Position numbers and translations under genes: made by a program
Shown: positions 60,855 to 64,000 of the stretch, in pieces
Position numbering within the stretch: the stretch's first letter is position 1
Layout of the letters: each line of letters begins with the position of its first letter
The notes under the pieces: model-generated
The model's database searches: none
Seen by the model: only the letters and a program-made list of their open reading frames with translations
What the model was told of the DNA's origin: nothing
Source: Planctomycetota bacterium
GTDB lineage: Bacteria > Planctomycetota > UBA8108 > SXIK01
Assembly (NCBI GenBank): GCA_965223265.1
Contig: OZ244999.1
Location: forward strand, 544,001-608,000
Reading direction: 5' to 3'
Length of the DNA: 64,000 nt

Positions 60855-61331
60855 TCACGTTCCCTCCCGAAACGAAAGCGTACTGATCAACGAGTCCAAG
60901 TAGTTTCCCTCCCAGCTTCCCGACGCTTTCAGGCGACGAAGTTCGGAAACGACAGCGGGGCGTGGCTTCCAGTCCCGGAGGCACGAAACGTGTAGGTGAG
61001 TGAACGAATATGGGTACAGCGGGTCCGAGAGTTCTGACGTGAGGTGGTGGATCAGGAGGTAGTCATCAGGGTGAAGTACCTCTCTATCGCAGACCACGCA
61101 AATTCGATTGCCGGGACCAGTTTGTTTCGACCAACTTGCGAAGCGCTCTTTCACGACGTTCCGTAGAGGATGTTGTTCGAAGCAAACCTTGTGAAACGCG
61201 GTGTCACTGAAGAAGAACAATTCGTCTTTCTCGTTCACGACGAACGCGGGAAAAGCAATCGTTTTCCCCAGTTCCGAAATCGGTTTGCTACAAATCCGAC
61301 AGGTTGTTTGCCCCTCGATTATCAACGCCAT
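60855..61331 (-). CDS. Putative immunity protein with duplicated Cys/His zinc-binding motifs
   Basis: CRIC...FHKVC and CVVC...HLHVSC; AGGTG RBS; starts 7 nt after the toxin-fragment stop. Confidence 0.7.
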   Translation of the reverse strand: MALIIEGQTTCRICSKPISELGKTIAFPAFVVNEKDELFFFSDTAFHKVCFEQHPLRNVVKERFASWSKQTGPGNRICVVCDREVLHPDDYLLIHHLTSELSDPLYPYSFTHLHVSCLRDWKPRPAVVSELRRLKASGSWEGNYLDSLISTLSFREGT

Positions 61332-61338
61332 CGTTCAC

Positions 61339-61509
61339 CTACCTCCTACGGCGCACGACCGTAACTTGACCTCCGTGGAACACGTACTGTTTGCTCTGAC
61401 TCAGGCCTAGAAAGCGCCTCGACATCGGCTGCGCTGGGTAGAGAACTGTCCGGGTGAGTGTGTCCAAAGATACGCGTAATCTCGCCTCCCTTGAAGTGGG
61501 CAATCCATC
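61339..61509 (-). pseudogene. Truncated, apparently frameshifted toxin tip with a JAB/MPN-like motif
   Basis: RIFGHTHPDSSLPSAAD (HxHx7Sx2D-like) in one frame and LGLSQSKQYVFHGGQVTVVRRRR* in another. The 5' end abuts a minus-oriented repeat at about 61510. Confidence 0.55.
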
Positions 61510-61766
61510 CCGAGCCCGGGTTCGTTTCTCGTCCTGTCTCGTCCGTCGCAGAGTCACCTAGACAGCAAAATATAGGCACAAATCGGAGAAAAAATCGCCG
61601 ATGTCAATTTTGAACGTCCGTATGCGAACAGTTGTAGCGAGTACGCAACAACTGCGTGATCCACCGGGAGTCGGCAGTTTCGACGAGTCTGAGTTCCTGC
61701 GCAGACTTACGTCATATTTGTGTGACCTCGCGGCCGTGGAACAGCGTTTGCCTGTAGGTCGCGGCG

Positions 61767-62667
61767 ATGACGGCGCCGCGACAAATCATCCCTGGGACGA
61801 CGTACTTGATCACCAGACGCTGTGCGCAGCGTCAGTTCCTGCTGCGACCTTCGAAAGCAGTGAATGAGGTCGTTCTCTATCTTGGCGTGCGCCGCGGAGC
61901 GCTTTTCGATCGACGTCCACGCTTACTGTGCAATGAGCAATCACTACCACTTAGTCGTCACGGACAGGTTCGGGGTCCTGCCGGCGTTCATGCAGCTTCT
62001 GAACTGCCTGATCGCCCGTGCCCTCAATGCCCACTATGGTCGCTGGGAAAACGTGTGGGCGCCTGGTTCTTACAACGCCGTGACGCTGGTCGACGAGGAC
62101 GACGCGGTCGAGAAGATCGTCTACGTTCTCGCCAACCCGGTGGCAGCGGGTTTGGTCTCGCGCGGTGAAGAGTGGCCCGGACTGCGCTCGTCGCCGCGGG
62201 ACTTCGGCACGTGTCTTGAGGTCGAACGGCCAGCGTTTTTCTTTCAAGAAGATGGCTAGACGCCCGAGAGCGTCGCCTTGAGCATCTCGGCGCCGCAGTT
62301 CGCCTCTGGGCTCCCCGGGGAGGAGCTTGCACCTCTCGTCGAGGAGAAACTTCAAGCGCGGGAGGCCGACATACGCGCCGACATGGCTCGGCGCGGCAAG
62401 AGGTTCGCGGGCGTCAAGGCCGTCCGTCGCCAGAGCCCGTTGGCGCGTCCTGGCGATCCGGAACCGCGGCGAATGCTCATCCCTCGCTTCGCCTGCCGCG
62501 ACAAGCAGAGGCGCATCGACGCGCTCATGAAATACAAAGAGTTCCTCAGAGAATACCGTGAGGCCCTACGGGACTTCTGCGAAGGCATCCGTGAAGCGCT
62601 GTTTCCCTACGGCACGTACTGGATGCGTGTTCACTTCGCGGCGCGCTGCGCGCCGAGGCCGCCGTAG
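61767..62667 (+). pseudogene. RAYT-like / IS200-type HUH (Y1) transposase, copy 2; frameshift and internal stop
   Basis: Homologous to copy 1 along its length (SNHYH, YVLANPV, FP.GTYWMRVHF). Frameshift near 61880 and in-frame TAG at 62257-62259. Confidence 0.88.
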
Positions 62668-62899
62668 GGCGAACGGCCGCACGCGGTCACGTTGATTCGA
62701 GCATGGCGTTTCAGCTCCGCGTCAGGAGCCGTGGTCAACCTACGTCCCTTAGTTGCCACAACTGCATGAGAATTCCCCTCGCAGTATCAAAACGAGAGCG
62801 CTCGACAGCGGTGCAGCCCCGAAACACGCCGCTTCGACGTCCGAGGGCCTAAACACGCCGTGAAAATCGGTCGTTTTCGAAACGACGAACTCGCGCTCC

Positions 62900-63057
62900 A
62901 AAAACGAACCTGGGACCCCTTCCTCCGAAAACGAACCTGGGACGGGTTTTCCACCAAAAACGAACCTGGGATAGGTTATCCCAAAAACGAACCTGGGACG
63001 GGTTATCTGGTTATCTGCAAAAACGAACCTGGGACGGGTTATCTGACGGGTTATCTG
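62900..63057 (+). repeat. Array of five AAAACGAACCTGGGA(CGGG) repeats with GGTTATCT duplications
   Basis: Copies at about 62900, 62928, 62956, 62983 and 63019. Confidence 0.92.
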
Positions 63058-63072
63058 TTACGCGGTGTGTCG

Positions 63073-63438
63073 TCAAAGTTCTACGTTGGCCAGGTCAAGG
63101 GTCTCCTTCCGTAGCTCCCACCTGTTGGACTCCATCCACTGCTCTAACTCTTCGGGAATTCGAACATTGTATTTTGAAACGTAGTAAAGCAGGTCTCTTG
63201 GCCACGCCCACTCTCCATCTGTCAAGATGTCTGGGGGACCGATCACAGGCTTGTCAGGGTCGAGAACGTCGTGAACGATGCCAGGGCACGCTATGAGCAC
63301 TTCTCCTTGGCTCAGGTAGGAGGCGATCTCAGTGGCATGGCTCAGAGGTTCGTCAGACACCAGAGACCGCAGGCTCTCCCCTCCGGGATCACCGTGTCCC
63401 AATTCACGGAAGAATCCAAATCGGCGTAACTTTTTCAT
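63073..63438 (-). CDS. Putative immunity protein
   Basis: ATGA overlap with the toxin stop; GFFREL..YL..G...D......TDGEWAWP.DL.YYV..YN..P pattern. Confidence 0.75.
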   Translation of the reverse strand: MKKLRRFGFFRELGHGDPGGESLRSLVSDEPLSHATEIASYLSQGEVLIACPGIVHDVLDPDKPVIGPPDILTDGEWAWPRDLLYYVSKYNVRIPEELEQWMESNRWELRKETLDLANVEL

Positions 63439-64000
63439 TTTCCTGGCGTAAATGTATTCCACACGCCCGTGTTGGACGTTGGAGAGTTTCCTATTGTCAG
63501 GTTCCCGTTCCGATGAATCCACAGGGTGTCGCTGGGTGCAGTGACTTCGGCTCCTATCTTATTCGACAGATTCTGGGCAACACCAGTAGGACAGCTCCCC
63601 GTTCCGCATGATAGTAGACGAACTGGTCCTCCAGAGTACCCTTGCTTTTTCATGAACGTCGCAAGTGAACGATGGTTCATTTTCACCCACTTCCCGTTGT
63701 GCAAAACGTGAAACGCATCGGAGCTGCCGTGGACCACGACATCGAAGACGCCTTTCTGAGGCTTCACCCAGCTTGCGGCCTCGGCTAGGTCGTCGCCGAG
63801 CCTGGCGGACGCCGCTACACAACTCTTCTTCCTCCGGTGCTTCTTTAGGGCGTCCCGGTACTCTCGATACTTCCTGAGGTTCTCTCTCGCGTGAGCAAGA
63901 TCCTCTGCGGTCTCAGCAGCCTTTGCGGCAGCTCTCCAGCGCTTTACTTGTCGATGAGCGAACTTGAGCGCGGGACCACTGCCCGCGCTGACGGCATGAA
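63435..64000 (-). CDS. C-terminal part of a polymorphic toxin with clan-CD (caspase/C80-like) peptidase-like tip; gene starts beyond the window
   Basis: Frame is open from the window end to TGA at 63435; FDVVVHG...VRLLSCGTG His/Cys dyad pattern, followed directly by a small coupled gene. Confidence 0.7.
   Translation of the reverse strand, partial: HAVSAGSGPALKFAHRQVKRWRAAAKAAETAEDLAHARENLRKYREYRDALKKHRRKKSCVAASARLGDDLAEAASWVKPQKGVFDVVVHGSSDAFHVLHNGKWVKMNHRSLATFMKKQGYSGGPVRLLSCGTGSCPTGVAQNLSNKIGAEVTAPSDTLWIHRNGNLTIGNSPTSNTGVWNTFTPGK

Noticed and set aside
62257-62259. In-frame TAG as possible recoding or readthrough
   Set aside because: The same copy also has a frameshift and copy 1 has a sense codon here, so pseudogenisation is the simpler explanation.
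62900-63057. CRISPR-like appearance of the repeat arrays (also 60677-60785)
   Set aside because: Intervening sequences are only about 8-35 nt, irregular and partly duplicated rather than unique spacers. No cas genes in the window.
62860-63114. ORFs encoding KNEPGTG-like peptide repeats (also 50392-50673 and 60485-60766)
   Set aside because: They are translations of the DNA repeat, which occurs in different frames and orientations.

Overview
GC-rich bacterial chromosome segment. The gene content (hpnH, planctomycete-type Rhs core, STK/FHA/ECF operon, many HEAT and cohesin-like proteins) suggests Planctomycetota; this is inferred. Bases 1-50.4 kb are mostly core and signalling genes: YpdA-like reductase, penicillin acylase family protein, a HEAT/HD-GYP/Ser-Thr kinase-ATPase operon, aminotransferase, dusB, tpx, proA, hpnH, Fe3+ ABC transporter, infA, argS, leuB, gltX, tRNA-Gln(CTG), lipA and an FHA-STK-membrane protein-ECF sigma operon. 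There is also one ~170-bp MITE-like hairpin. Bases 50.4-64 kb are an accessory polymorphic-toxin region. It holds three minus-strand toxin-tip/immunity pairs (Rhs with a His-rich tip, a JAB-like fragment, a clan-CD peptidase-like tip) plus one orphan gene. These are interleaved with two degenerate RAYT-like HUH (Y1) transposase genes and a short repeat family (AAAACGAACCTGGGACGGG and variants) that lies at or close to most cassette boundaries. Two intact insertion elements with visible terminal inverted repeats (TIRs) and target-site duplications (TSDs) landed there later. One is an IS4-family element (51246-52783, 9-bp TSD). The other is a 4.07-kb five-gene DDE transposase/AAA-ATPase element (56413-60477, 6-bp TSD) that splits the Rhs gene. 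The best candidate for a new system is repeat/HUH-transposase-associated shuffling of toxin-immunity cassettes. All family assignments come from motif recognition by eye; no database searches were run.
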